A stretch of DNA of 64,000 nucleotides from Macrostomum hystrix (GCA_950097015.1 CATNEN010000001.1:14694001-14758000); one strand, 5' to 3'. Shown: positions 48,801-61,005, counted from the first letter of the stretch. Numbers and translations are program-made. The notes: generated by a model from the letters alone, not told the origin.

Positions 48801-51800
48801 AAAACTCTTGAGCTGTTAGACTGAATCTTGAGCTGTTAGACAGAATCTTGAGCTGTTAGACAGAATCTTGAGCTGTTAGACAGAATCTTGAGCTGTTAGA
48901 CAGAATCTTGAGCTGTTAGACAGAATCTTGAGCTGTTAGACAGAATCTTGAGCTGTTAGACAGAATCTTGAGCTGTTAGACAGAATCTTGAGCTGTTAGA
49001 CAGAATCTTGAGCTGTTAGACAGAATCTTGAGCTTTTAGACAGAATATTGAGCTGTTAGACAGTATATTGAGCTGTTAGACAGAATCTTGAGCTGTTAGA
49101 CAGAATCTTGAGCTGTTAGACAGAATCTTGAGCTGTTAGACAGAATCTTGAGCTGTTAGACAGAATCTTGAGCTGTTAGACAGAATCTTGAGCTGTTAGA
49201 CAGAATCTTGAGCTTTTAGACAGTATATTGAGCTGTTAGACAGTATATTGAGCTGTTAGACAGTATCTTGAGCTGTTAGACAGAATCTTGAGCTGTTAGA
49301 CAGAATCTTGAGCTGTTAGACAGAATATTGAGCTGTTAGACAGTATCTTGAGCTGTTAGACAGAATCTTGAGCTGTTAGACAGAATCTTGAGCTGTTAGA
49401 CAGAATCTTGAGCTGTTAGACAGAATCTTGAGCTTTTAGACAGAATATTGAGCTGTTAGACAGTATATTGAGCTTTTAGACAGAATATTGAGCTGTTAGA
49501 CAGTATATTGAGCTGTTAGACAGAATCTTGAGCTGTTAGACAGAATATTGAGCTGTTAGACAGAATCTTGAGCTGTTAGACAGAATCTTGAGCTGTTAGA
49601 CAGAATATTGAGCTGTTAGACAGAATCTTGAGCTGTTAGACAGAATCTTGAGCCGTTAGACAGAATCTTGAGCTGTTAGACAGAATCTTGAGCCGTTAGA
49701 CAGAATATTGAGCCGTTAAACAGAATCTTGAGCTGTTAGACAGAATCTTGAGCTGTTAGACAGAATCTTGAGCTGTTAGACAGTATATTGAGCTGTTAGA
49801 CAGTATCTTGAGCTGTTAGACAGTATCTTGAGCTGTTAGACAGAATCTTGAGCTGTTAGGCAGAATCTTGAGCAGTTAGACAGAATCTTGAGCAGTTAGA
49901 CAGAATCTTGAGCTGTTAGACAAGTCTCAATATGTTACAAAAAATCATCAGCAATTAAACAGTTCTTATCTGTTATTTAAAAAATCTGTTAAACACATCG
50001 CAAACTGCAGACACATTCTTATCTGTTAGACACATTATTATCTGTTAGACTCATTCTTATCTGTTGGACACATTCTTATCTGTTGGACACATTTTTATCT
50101 GTTGGACACATTCTTATCTGTTAGACACATTCTTATCTGTTGGACCCATTCCTATCTGTTGGACACATTCTTATCTGTTAGACACATTCTTATCTGTTGG
50201 ACCCATTCCTATCTGTTGGACACATTCCTATCTGTTGGACACATTCCTATCTGTTAGACACATTCTTATCTGTTGGACACATTCCTATCTGTTGGACACA
50301 TTCCTATCTGTTAGACACATTCCTATCTGTTAGACACATTCTTATCTGTTGGATACATTCTTATCTGTTAGACACATTCTTATCTGTTGGACACATTCTT
50401 ATCTGTTAGACACATTCTTATCTGTTGGATACATTCTTATCTGTTAGACACATTCTTATCTGTTAGACTCATTCTTCGACATACGAGACATACGACACTC
50501 GTAACTACGCGTGTTAGACACACTTTTAGAAGTATATGTCTGTCTATTCGACATTTAAAGTGTTAGACGCACTTTAAACGTGCACTTTAATTTCTATGCA
50601 ATCCATTATCGCAGCTTTAGATTTCAGAGTTCGTTTTTAAAAGAAAGAAACGTAACGATTTTTTCGCTGACCCAGTTTTCATTGCAGTGGGGGGGGCAGA
50701 TTCCCGGCTCATTAATCTTTCTAAGGAACACAAAGCAGACGTTGGTGCACGCAGAGCAACGAGAGCTGCCTAAGCTGTCACAATACTGGGCAGCAAAGTC
50801 ATTATTCACAGCTTGGGGCTAACAGCACACACAGCTAATGGGATCCTATTTTCGGAATGATTAATCCCTGTTATATTGTGCGCAGTTCCAATCACAAGCG
50901 AACAAAAACACACACGGATCTGCTTTGCTCTAATCTGTTAATGAGCTAGGGAGTAGAAGAAATAGAATAAAGCGTCTTTTATGTTGGACTCAAGACGAAG
51001 AAATGTTTTGCCTATTGCTGTTTTTTGCCACCAGACACCCCAGATACTGAATATCCCGACGATAACCGATGCTTTGTGATTCTGGATGTTGTTTTATTAA
51101 ATAGAGCGCAACATTTTAGCCCGGGCGTGGCTTAAGCTGTCGCTTCAACCTTCCAATTTGAAGGCGGAAGTCCCTCATTAGCCAATTGCGCCGTGTGAGC
51201 AAGCTCAACTGCGGCCAGGTTTTCGAACGGGTCCGCGAGTTTTACATGGCACCCGTGGTTCGATTCGTCTACAATACCGTGAGTCGCTGTCTGTGCCTTT
51301 CACCGCAAAAATTGAAATCATGTGAGTGGCAGAGCGGTTAACGCGTTTGCTTAAGGCACCGAGGTCCCTGAGCTCGATTCCGCGGCGAGGTGACACTTAT
51401 TATGGGCTTTGATGGCCAACCTCCACGCACAGTGAGAGTGTGCACTGCCTGTCGATGAGAAAGTCGGGGCAGATGTACACACCTGTGAGACAGTATCTGT
51501 GTCCGTGTGTGCTCAGGAGTCAGCGGAATGGGCAGAATTGCCTCCTCGCTGGCTGCGGGTCTGGTGTCACTAAATGATGTGCCATTGCCCGCAGCCCTCC
51601 TGCAATTATTATTATTACTCGTACTATTAGTCTCATGATACGATCGTAAATCGTCTAACTGTCAATCCATTATCATCAAATTTTCAGTTCGCCTACATGA
51701 CCTTCCTGTTCTTGTTCAGCTATCTACTACTGTTTGAGCTGAAGCACAATATCACTGTCATGGAGTACATTGTCATCGTCTGGATTGGCACCCTGCTTTT

Positions 51801-54800
51801 AGAGGAGGTGAAACAGGTGAGATAATCACAAGTTAAAGAGATTTTTATGGATTAGGGATGCGACATAGGTAATTAGAGTGTGTAAGGGTAGAATGTCAAA
51901 GTATATTGGGTAGAATAGGAGAAGAGAGATGGGGTAGAATGTCAAAGTATATTGGGTAGAATAGGAGAAGAGAGATGGGGTAGAATGGCAGATGAGAGAA
52001 GAGGTAGAATGGCAGAGCAGTGAACGTAGAATGGCAGAGGAGAGAAGGGTAGAATGGCAGAGGAGAAAATGGGTAGAATGGCAGAGGAGAGAAGGGGTAG
52101 AATGGCAGAGGAGAGAAGGGGTAGAATGGCAGAGGAGAGAAGGGGTAGAATGGCAGAGGAGAGAAGGGGTAGAATGGCAGAGGAGAGAAGGGGTAGAATG
52201 GCAGAGGAGAGAAGGGGTAGAATGGCAGAGGAGAGAAGGGGTAGAATGGCAGAGCAGTGAACGTAGAATGGCAGAGGAGAGAAGGGTGAAAGCAGAGGAG
52301 AAAATGGGTAGAATGGCAGAGGAGAGAAGGGGTAGAATGGCAGATGATAGAAGGGGTAGAATGGCAGAGTAGAGAAGGGGTAGAATGGCAGAGGAGAAAA
52401 TGGGTAGAATGGCAGAGGAGAGAAGGGGTAGAATGGCAGAGGAGAGAAGGGGTAGAATGGCAGAGGAGAGAAGGGGTAGAATGGCAGAGGAGAGAAGGGG
52501 TAGAATGGCAGAGGAGAGAAGGGGTAGAATGGCAGAGGAGAGAAGGGGTAGAATGGCAGAGGAGAGAAGGGGTAGAATGGCAGAGGAGAGAAGGGGTAGA
52601 ATGGCAGAGGAGAGAAGGGGTAGAATGGCAGAGCAGTGAACGTAGAATGGCAGAGGAGAGAAGGGTGAAAGCAGAGGAGAAAATGGGTAGAATGGCAGAG
52701 GAGAGAAGGGGTAGAATGGCAGATGATAGAAGGGGTAGAATGGCAGAGTAGAGAAGGGGTAGAATGGCAGAGGAGAAAATGGGTAGAATGGCAGAGGAGA
52801 GAAGGGGTAGAATGGCAGAGGAGAGAAGGGGTAGAATGGCAGAGGAGAGAAGGGGTAGAATGGCAGAGGAGAGAGGGGGTAGAATGGCAGAGGAGAGAGG
52901 GGGTAGAATGGCAGAGGAGAGAGGGGGTAGAATGGCAGAATACAAATCCATTTTTCGTCTTTAGAGTAAGTCCTGTACTGTTGGCTGACAGTGTTGGTCT
53001 GATTTGGTCGATTCGGTGACACATTTTAAGTCAAAAGCTTCTAATTAATAAAAACTCTGGAGGTTCCCATACCGAGCTGAATATTTCATTAAAGAAACGT
53101 TTTTCAAGCACCACTTAACAAATTAGTCAGATTATGATAAGGGATTAGATCGTCTGCAAAAGAAATTGTCTCTAGAAATTTCTTCAAGACTTTTCTGTAG
53201 TTTTATGAAAGTTTGGCAAATATTTGAGTTGATCGCTGCAGCGGTTTTTTAGAGCAAACGGCAATTAATTCTGATTTCTGCATCCAACTTTTTTTACAAC
53301 TTCTCTGACCCAGTTTCAGCTATTTTTTACAACATGACCCCCAATGTTCGTTCGATTTCTGATGTAGAACTTTAAGAAAAAAGTTGGAAGATTTTGAGCA
53401 CTATGCTGAAATAGTCAGATAAGTTTAACTTTAAAGCTAGCTTTTAACTAGAAGTCTCATTTTGGATTTTTAGAATTTTAGTAAAGATATCTGTTGATCA
53501 GTTAAAGATTTCTCATAGAATATTGTTTTAATGGTATATTTTGTGATATAAAAATTTAATTCTTAAATGTTTAAAACAATTGTTTTTTAATTCCGGGTTT
53601 TACACTGATTAATTACATATTAATTAGTAATTACTTATGACTTCGTTCTTTGTTTTGTAACTATATTAAAACCATATACTAAAAGTGGCGTGTCCAAAAG
53701 AAATAACAAGCAAGCTAACTATTATTTTTCTTATTAATAGTTACGCTATTAATATTTTTGTTATATTATATATGTCGTCTATTTATCATATTAGTTGTTG
53801 GAAATGTCTAGTTTTTTATTAGATTAGTTTAAAAGCGATGGAAACAAAATAAATTAATGCTTTTATTTTATAAGAAAAAAATTAAACACTGCTTCTGCGC
53901 CTTTAAAATGCATACTTAAATGTTAGTTTAGTCCCAAATATGTGTGCTTGCTGGCACAATTAGTGCCTGGATAAGCCCTAATTACAACCCGACTAAGCAG
54001 AATAATAGCTTCTCATTTTCTGGCACTGTCAGTTACAAAGCATCGGCATAATTTTCGCTGTCTCACGTGTTGTCTGCACTGCTTAAGACAACACCACGCA
54101 TATTATAGTACCTTGAAGACTAGGACACTCGTAATTTGTCTGAGAACATTCAGGAAGCAGCTCATGATTATACATAATTTAATTAAGCAATGCTCAGACA
54201 CTCATCTGATAACCTATTAAAGTTCGCCTGCGCTACTAGAGTGCATTGATTGGTACGACAGGATGAATGCTCTCTTTCAGCCTTTTAGGATCATTATTTA
54301 GAGTACTAAATAAGAACTAGAGAACGAACTGACGAACTTGACACACCTACGAGTACTATACAGGGGGTAGTGTTTCAAACGAACCGAAAATTTCACAACG
54401 TCGAAATATCACAACGCTGAATCGCACAGCAGGAATAGGAGACTTTTCAAGCATGAAAGCCTTTTACTAACCTTGTTATTTCTGATAACATTTTGATTTG
54501 CTTCGAGTCTCTTATCTCTGCAATGAAATTCGACGTTGTGAAATTTCGGTGTCGTGAAATTTCGGGCTCGCGAAACGCCCCCCTCTTACAGACAACTTCT
54601 AATGTACATTCTCTGCCGACCAGCCACCTCACACCAAATGTACATTCTCTGCCGACCAGCCACCTCACTCCAAATGTACGTTCTCTCCCGAACAGCCATC
54701 TCACTCCAAGTGTACGTTCTCCCCCGACCAGCCATCTCAATCCAAATGTACATTCTCTGCCGACCAGCCACCTCACTCCAAATGTACGTTCTCTCCCGAC

Positions 54801-57800
54801 TAACCCCCTCACTCCAAATGTACATTGTCTCACCCATTCCAATCTCACTCCGATATCCGTTGCAGGCCACGCTATCTGGAATCAGCTTCTCGACGTACAT
54901 CTCAGACAGCTGGAACAAGCTCGACTGTACAGCAGTGGGCCTATTTGTACTAGGCTTCATTCTGCGCATGATATCTCTGCTAAGCGAATCGCCAGCCGCA
55001 ATGGACTTGGCAACGCACTCCTATGACGTCATACTGACGGACGGGCTGTTCATAATAGCCCGAATCTGCTACGCATTCAGCTTGTTCTCCTTCTACATCA
55101 GACTAATGTACATCTTCAGCTTCCATATCGCCCTGGGACCCAAGCTGATCATGATTGGCAAGATGGTCATCAACGATCTAGTGCCCTTCATGGTCATCCT
55201 GCTGGTCTTCATTCTGGGCTACGGTGTGGCTGCTCAGTCCATCGCCTATCCGACTGGATTTTACACGCCCAGTCCAGAGTTCAACAAGACCTCGCCGGAC
55301 AAGATGACCCAGACCGAAATCTTTATTCACTTTCTTACTAGGGCCTATTTTCAAATGTTTGGCGACTTCGGATTGGATTCTATACAAGCCGAGGGTGAGT
55401 TATGGGGTCCTCGTAATACTAATATCTGTAACGACTCCTGAGCTCACACACATAGGTGTTGTTTATCTGCCCTAAGTTGTACGACCAGCCCTCGTAACGA
55501 ACGCGGATTCGAGCACAGGGACGTTAGTTACCAGGACGGTAAATTTGAGTTTCTAATAGTAGCATGGCGTCCTAAAAAACAAATGACGTAGGTTAACTGA
55601 GGGTACCTACTTAAGGTTAAGGTTAAGTAGGTAAACGTTTCGATAGCGAGGTAAATGCCTCGTCATCGAATTTTTAGAGTCTATTTGTGGGACTGACCTT
55701 TTAACTAATATTATTCCGATAAAAAAGAACAAATGGTCATCTCTAACTGTACAATATTTCCTTCGACCGTTCCACAGACAAAGACTGCCTGGACGAAGGC
55801 AAATGTCCCCATTGGACTGCCAAATGGCTCCTACCAATCATGCTTGGCGTGTATGTGCTCCTGACCAACATTCTAATGTTCAACCTGTTGATCGCAATGT
55901 TCTCCAGCACTTACGAGTCTATCAATCAGTTCTCCGCTCTGCACTGGAACTATCAGAGGTACAGCATGATCAAGGAGTACATTGAGAGGTCTCCGCTGGC
56001 ACCGCCATTGATTATCATCTGGCACGTCTACGAGCTGGCCTTCTACATTCAACTGCGATATCAAGGACGGAAACGCTCGGAGCTGGAGGACCCGCTGCGA
56101 ATCAGCTACAAGGACAATGTGAAAAAGGAGCGCGAGCTAATCAAATGGGAGCATATGAAGGCCATGGACTTCCTTCGGCAGGGCCAGGAATCTCACAGCA
56201 AGAAGGTGGGTTTGGGGTGGGTGCTGCAGGCTGAGAGAATTGGAGGTTGAGGTGGGTGGTGCAGGCTGAGAGAATCGGAGGTTGGGGTGGGTGCTGCAGG
56301 CTGAGAGAATCGGAGGTTGGGGTGGGTGCTGCAGGCTGAGGTGGGTGATCTAGGGTGAGAGAATAGGAGGTTGAGGTGGGTGGTGCAGGGAGAGAGAATC
56401 GGAGGGTGGGGTGGGTGCTGTAGGCTAAGAGAATCGGAATTTGGCGAGTTATTCTAATTTTAAAGCTGTCGATGTTTTTAGTAAAAAAATGAGCAACTTT
56501 TTCTTTAATGTCGTCAGGGCGGTCGGTCGGACTCCAGGTCGGTGATCGTGCGGACTTCCGGACCGCAGCCGGGCCTCCTGCCCACGGCGGCCGCTGACGT
56601 GGCCAAGCAGATGTCGGACGCCACCAGCGGCATCGGCCTGGAGTTGGAGAAGAAGTTCAAGAATGTCGACTCGCAGCTGACAAAAATCAGCGCCGATTTC
56701 GATGCCCGACTGTCCGAGCTGACTAACACTCTCGCCACCTTCACCGTCACTGTTCAGGCCCTACGCGAAGGTCAAGACCGTCTGGCCACTGTGCAGCAGG
56801 CCCGCTCGTTCGCTGGCGCTGTTGGCAGCGCGGAGGCTCAGCAGCAGCAGCTCGCTCAGCTGGAGCAGCGGGTTCTTGACGCGGTTCGTCAGGCCTACCA
56901 GGCCGCCCCGCCGGCTTGGTTTCAGGAGCTGTCACGTGCCGCAGCCATCGAGGCTCTGGCATCGACGCCGGTGTCGGTGCGTGATTTAGACAGCGGCGCT
57001 CTGCAGCAGTTGACCGAAGCGGCCTCTTCAACCGTTGGCAGCGGACATAGGCGCTGGCGACGACGCGTTGTACCGTCCGGTTTGACGTCGGAAGCCGCAG
57101 CAGCGCTTGGAGCGGGGTCGGCCGCGGGAGCGACCGCGGGGCTGGAACGAGCCACGACGGCGTCGGGTAGTCAGTCGGGTCCCTTCGTAGCTAGTCCCGG
57201 TGGCGGCAGTGGTGGCGCCGGCGGCGGCAGCGGCGCGGGTGTCGGCGGCGCTGCGGCCGGCGAAAGCAGTCAGCAATCGGAGGAGGATGACGAAGAAGAC
57301 GATAACAGGGATTACGAAGAGGAGGACGCGGCGACGATCAGGCCATTGGTGGACGATCCGGCGATTGGGCGACTGGTCCAGTACCTCAGCCTGCAGCACC
57401 GCCTGTGGCGCTATGTGCCGTTTAACTTTGAACAATATCCCGGCATGAGAATGAATGTGCCGCCAGAAAAGATAGCGTGGGAGGTGAGTAACACTTTAGG
57501 ATTGTCTAGCTTTTCATTATAAGGACCCAATAAATATTTCCAAGGCTCAAGGAACCGTCACGAGAATCTAAGAATCGTTTCAAAACCTCAGAAACTTTCC
57601 GAAGACTCGTGGAATCTTCCGAAGACTTATGGAATCTTCCGAAAACTCATGGAATCTTCCGAAGACTCATGGAATCTTCCGAAGACACGTGGAATCTTCC
57701 GAAGACACGTGGAATCTTTCGAAGACTCGTGGAATCTCGCGAAGACTCACGGAATCTTCCGAAGACTCATGGAATCTTCCGAAGACACGTGGAATCTTCC

Positions 57801-60800
57801 GAAGACACGTGGAATCTTTCGAAGACTCGTGGAATCTCGCGAAGACTCACGGAATCTTCCGAAGACTCATGGAATCTTCCGAAGACATTCGTGGCTTCCT
57901 TTAACCCACTGAATCTCCCCAAGACTAAAAAACTTCCAGTTTCGTGAAGAGTCAAGGGTTTGGTGTCGCCAAATATTATTATTACAAGCGTACTACTGCT
58001 ATTATGTATTATTTACAATAGACTCAGACTAAATCAATATGGCATCAATGCAGCGAGACCCGTCGGCAAGTCTGCCCATTCTAGGGTCGTTCGGTCCAAA
58101 ACACCTTGGTGACAAGGAAGGCTTATAAAATGATTCAATCGCCCCCGAGTCTAGCACACACATGGCTGCTCATTTCAGGTCGAATACAAGGACTATTTCG
58201 CATACGACGCCTCAGAGGAAGTATTGATCTACCCGAACGAGGAAAGCTACGATGGACCAACAGAGTAAGCCAAGTGGTTTTTGTTTTATTTTGAAAGTCT
58301 TCTCGGAACCGATAATTTATTCTGACAATCAGCTTTATCTACATGCACTTTAAATACTTTGTCTACCTTGTAAAGTACATTACATTACCTCATCTTCTAC
58401 CCAATTTAAATTTTCTATTTTATCTACTTTCTCAACATTTTTATATTATCTAACTGTATGAAATGTTTCTAGACAATTTATTTTGTTTATCCCGCGTACT
58501 TTCCTGTCTGCCGATTTTCCATCTACTTTGCCAACCGTCTCTACTATGTCTACTCTTCTCTGTTTAAAAAGCCTATCACCGTTACCTACCCTATTTACTT
58601 CAACTACCTATCTACTCTAACTACACTATCTACCATGTCTACTCTGTCTACCTAATCTACTTTGTCTACCCTAATGTACTTTTTCTACCCTATCAACTTT
58701 GACTACCCTGTCTACTTTATCTACCCTGTCTACTCAATCTACCTAATCTAATTTATCCCCAATATCCACTTTGTCTACTCTATCTACTTTGTCTACCCTG
58801 TCTACTCAATCCATCTAGTTTACTTTATCCCCAATATCCACTTTGTCTACCCTATCTACTTTGTCTACTGTATCTACTTTGTCTACTGTATCTACTTTGT
58901 CTACCCTATCTACTTTGTCTACTGTATCTACTTTGTCTATCCTATCTACTTTGTCTACTGTATCTACTTTATCTACCCTGTCTACTCAATCCACCTAATT
59001 TACTTTATCCCCAATATCCACTTGTTCTACCCTATCCACTTTGTCTACCCTATCCACTTTGTCTACTGTATCTACTTTATCTACCCTGTCTACTCAATCC
59101 ACCTAATTTACTTTATCCCCAATATCCACTTGTTCTACCCTATCCACTTTGTCTACCCTATCTACTTTGTCTACTGTATCTACTTTGTCTACTGTATCTA
59201 CTTTGTCTACCCTATCTACTTTGTCTACTGTATCTACTTTGTCTACCCTATCTACTTTGTCTACTGTATCTACTTTGTCTACCCTATCTACTTTGTCTAC
59301 TGTATCTACTTTGTCCATTTTGTCTACTCGGTCTAGCTTACCTACTTAATCCACAATATCCTCATTGTCTACCCTATCCGCAGGCCGCTGCAGTCGATCC
59401 GCTTCAACCAGTTGGATTTGAACTCAGGCATGCAACGGCAGAGCATGCTGGGTAAATACCGCTTGGATCCCCTTGGCGCCCCGTTGAATCCCACGGGCAG
59501 AACCGGACTCAAATGCAAAGGACTCCTGCCCCGCTGGGGACCCAACAACGCCGTGGTGATCGCCATGACCAGGTGGAGTAGGGCTCCATCAGGAGCCATC
59601 ATTCATCGCCTGGGCCATCCCATACTGCAGGTGCTGGCGCTGTTTCGGCACAAACAGTTCTGCCTGCCATGGGTGAGTATTTATTATGCAAACTAGTCCG
59701 TTGCTTAGCAACATGAGAAGCAGAAACTGCCGAAAAAAATGACTTCGTTGAACCATCGACTTCAAGTTCAATAGAATATTCTCAAGACAAACATCGACTT
59801 ATATAATCAACGACCGAATCTTACCAAGACTCTAAGAATCTTCCCAAACCTTTAGGAATCCTACCAAGACTCTAGGAATCTTACCAAGACACTAGGAATC
59901 TTTCTACGACTCTAGGAATCTTACCAAGACACTAGGAATCTTTCTACGACTCTAGGAATCTTACCAAGACACTAGGAATCTTACCAGGCCTCTAGGCATC
60001 TTTTCAAGACACTAGGAACCTTTCGAAGACTCTAGGAATCTTACCAGGACTCTAGGAATCTTTCTAAGACTCTAGGAATCTTACCAAGACACTAGGAATC
60101 TTTCTAAGACTCTAGGAATCTTTCTAAGACTCTAGGAATCTTACCAAGACACTAGGAATCTTTCTAAGACTCTAGGAATCTTACCAAGACACTAGGAATC
60201 TTTCTAAGACTCTAGGCATCTTTTCAAGACACTAGGAATCTTTCTAAGACTCTAGGAATCTTACCAAGACTCTAGGAATCTTACCAAGACACTAGGAATC
60301 TTTCTAAGACTCTAGGAATCTTACCAAGACACTAGGAATCTTACCAAGACTCTAGGAATCTTACCAAGACTCTAGGAATCTTACCAAGACACTAGGAATC
60401 TTACCAGGACTCTAGGCATCTTTTCAAGACACTAGGAACCTTTCGAAGACTCTAGGAATCTTACCAGGACTCTAGGCATCTTTTCAAGACACTAGGAATC
60501 TTACCAAGACACTAGGAATCTTACCAGGACTCTAGGCATCTTTTCAAGACACTAGGAACCTTTCGAAGACTCTAGGAATCTTACCAGGACTCTAGGAATC
60601 TTACCAAGACTCTAGGAACCTTTCCAAGTCTTTAGGAATCTTCCCAAACCTCTAGGAATCTTCCCCAGGAATGCTTTTATCTATTCATTTAAGCCACGAA
60701 ATCTTATGAAGCATCAAGGAACAATTCCTCCCAAAATCCCAAACAATACCAGTTCCTGACTGATCATTTCGACCAATGCGACTACGACGACTGCGTGCCG

Positions 60801-60902
60801 GCGCTGCTAAAGAATTTCATCAGTCGCCGACTAAAGCAGCTGCTGCAGCGACGCGACGCTAGACAGGAAATCAACGCCATTGTGAAGGGTCGAGCTGAAC
60901 AG
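26192..60902 (+). CDS. TRPM: TRPM (TRPM2-like, TRPM_PZQ-type) cation channel with N-terminal ankyrin repeats and C-terminal NUDT9-H domain. The 3' end was not found in the window.
   Basis: Phase-compatible GT-AG exons: 26192-26323, 26903-27109, 27787-27873, 28565-28642, 29227-29294, 29719-30004, 30878-31052, 33068-33234, 33321-33653, 35239-35366, 36196-36371, 36440-36555, 36645-36794, 36883-36936, 40542-40701, 41335-41514, 42387-42479, 43301-43444, 44316-44519, 45888-46049, 46206-46315, 48228-48766, 51164-51278, 51688-51816, 54866-55394, 55778-56205, 56518-57483, 58179-58264, 59384-59672, 60753-60902 (6441 nt). Motifs: PTNAFGEIEF, LDPNHTHFFLVD, GTGGAAD, FYMAPVVRF, WNKLD, LGPKLIMIGKM, NLLIAMFS, WNYQRY, NPTGRTG. 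The low-complexity exons at 41-46 kb are less certain. Confidence 0.92.
26386..26672 (-). mobile_element. tRNA-derived SINE copy 1 (diverged)
   Basis: Homologous to 34869-35181 and 43636-43997. Confidence 0.8.
27340..27650. repeat. Intronic 20-bp minisatellite (ggcggcctcaaatccacagt)
   Basis: Tandem array. Confidence 0.92.
28000..28500. repeat. Intronic 20-bp minisatellite (ctccccaccttctcactcat)
   Basis: Tandem array. Confidence 0.92.
29227..36936 (+). CDS. TRPM: TRPM MHR1-3 (SLOG) exons
   Basis: RRQCVQF, CTCG...H, FVRLDSNTP...LLVKKWEMSRPTLVINIFGG, KGLWKAAESAGCWIVTSG, AIGIASWG, LNRADIAR, FVKLFLEQG. Confidence 0.93.
29379..29640 (-). mobile_element. tRNA-derived SINE copy 2 (5' truncated)
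   Basis: gggctgcgggcaatg...gacactagacccgcagcc...ggaatcgagctcagggac. Confidence 0.85.
30070..30872. repeat. Intronic 21-bp minisatellite (ccctatctgtctctctcatta)
   Basis: About 38 units, ending 5 nt before the acceptor. Confidence 0.97.
31523..33056. repeat. Intronic 21-bp minisatellite (ctacagtatctaacaggtata)
   Basis: About 73 units. It accounts for the spurious 462-563 aa ORFs. Confidence 0.97.
33677..34300. repeat. Intronic 20-bp minisatellite (gtgagtcaagatgggtcata)
   Basis: Tandem array. Confidence 0.93.
34869..35181 (-). mobile_element. tRNA-derived SINE copy 3
   Basis: (AAT)n tail at 34869-34882 and the same body as the other copies. Confidence 0.88.
35411..36182. repeat. Intronic 20-bp minisatellite (ctcacctatatctaacaact)
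   Basis: About 38 units, with a variant gradient at the 3' end. Confidence 0.97.
36951..38041. repeat. Intronic 22-bp minisatellite (agtatagatctactgtctaact)
   Basis: Tandem array with a palindromic tagatcta core. Confidence 0.96.
38583..40486. repeat. Intronic 43-bp minisatellite (gctagtctagtcactgtaatgtgctgaagaaatagaatggatt)
   Basis: About 44 near-identical units. Confidence 0.97.
41638..42318. repeat. Intronic 20-bp minisatellite (tctaacacctagagtcattg)
   Basis: Tandem array. Confidence 0.95.
43636..43997 (+). mobile_element. tRNA-derived SINE copy 4 (near full length)
   Basis: A box TGGCAGAGCGG at 43645, B-box-like GAGCTCGATTCC at 43689, and an (ATT)n tail. Confidence 0.9.
44840..45680. 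repeat. Intronic 15-bp minisatellite (gtgagatgtagggag) with a roughly 281-bp higher-order period
   Basis: Tandem array. Blocks recur at about 44897, 45178 and 45459. Confidence 0.93.
46206..56205 (+). CDS. TRPM: TRPM MHR4, S1-S6 and TRP helix exons
   Basis: RELLIWSLL...MAELFW, VLDQCYREDE..A..L, FMAHPCCQ.FL...WMG, S1 VRFVYNTFAY, pore YFQMFGD, TRP box WNYQRY. Confidence 0.95.
46362..48217. repeat. Intronic 14-bp minisatellite (ctaatctactcact)
   Basis: About 130 units filling almost the whole intron. Confidence 0.97.
48806..49922. repeat. Intronic 20-bp minisatellite (agctgttagacagaatcttg)
   Basis: About 55 units. Confidence 0.97.
50010..50476. repeat. Intronic 19-bp minisatellite (ttcttatctgttagacaca)
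   Basis: Tandem array. Confidence 0.94.
51326..51616 (+). mobile_element. tRNA-derived SINE copy 5 (internal deletion)
   Basis: TGGCAGAGCGG...GAGCTCGATTCC...ctgcaattattattatt. Confidence 0.88.
51886..52938. repeat. Intronic 24-bp purine-rich minisatellite (gaggagagaaggggtagaatggca)
   Basis: Tandem array that accounts for several spurious ORFs. Confidence 0.96.
54362..54584. mobile_element. MITE with GC-rich termini and subterminal inverted repeats
   Basis: aggggg..gtttc...ccgaaaatttcacaacgtcgaa pairs with ttcgacgttgtgaaatttcgg...gaaacgcccccct. Confidence 0.6.
54600..54851. repeat. Intronic 36-bp minisatellite
   Basis: aatgtacattctctgccgaccagccacctcactcca, about 7 copies, ending next to the acceptor at 54865. 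Confidence 0.92.
56206..56440. repeat. Intronic 34-35-bp G-rich minisatellite starting at the donor
   Basis: ggttggggtgggtgctgcaggctgagagaatcgga repeats. Confidence 0.88.
56518..60902 (+). CDS. TRPM: TRPM coiled coil, Gly/acidic linker and NUDT9-homology domain exons
   Basis: YPGMRMNVPPEKIAWEVEYKDY, IRFNQLD...RQSMLGKY...PLNPTGRTGLKCKGLLPRWGPNNA...TRW. Confidence 0.9.
57598..57887. repeat. Intronic 20-bp minisatellite (ggaatcttccgaagactcat)
   Basis: Tandem array related to the 59.8-kb unit. Confidence 0.94.
58620..59335. repeat. Intronic TCTAC-rich minisatellite
   Basis: tatctactttgtctactg/ccc units. Confidence 0.9.
59817..60665. repeat. Intronic 20-bp minisatellite (tctaggaatcttaccaagac)
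   Basis: Tandem array. Confidence 0.95.
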
Positions 60903-61005
60903 GTAAGTCCTGTACTTTCTTGTTTGCTCAGCTACACACAAATATTTTTAATCTATCACTCTAAAAGTACTTATATTTTATTCAAAGCCAAATATCGCGT
61001 TTTAT

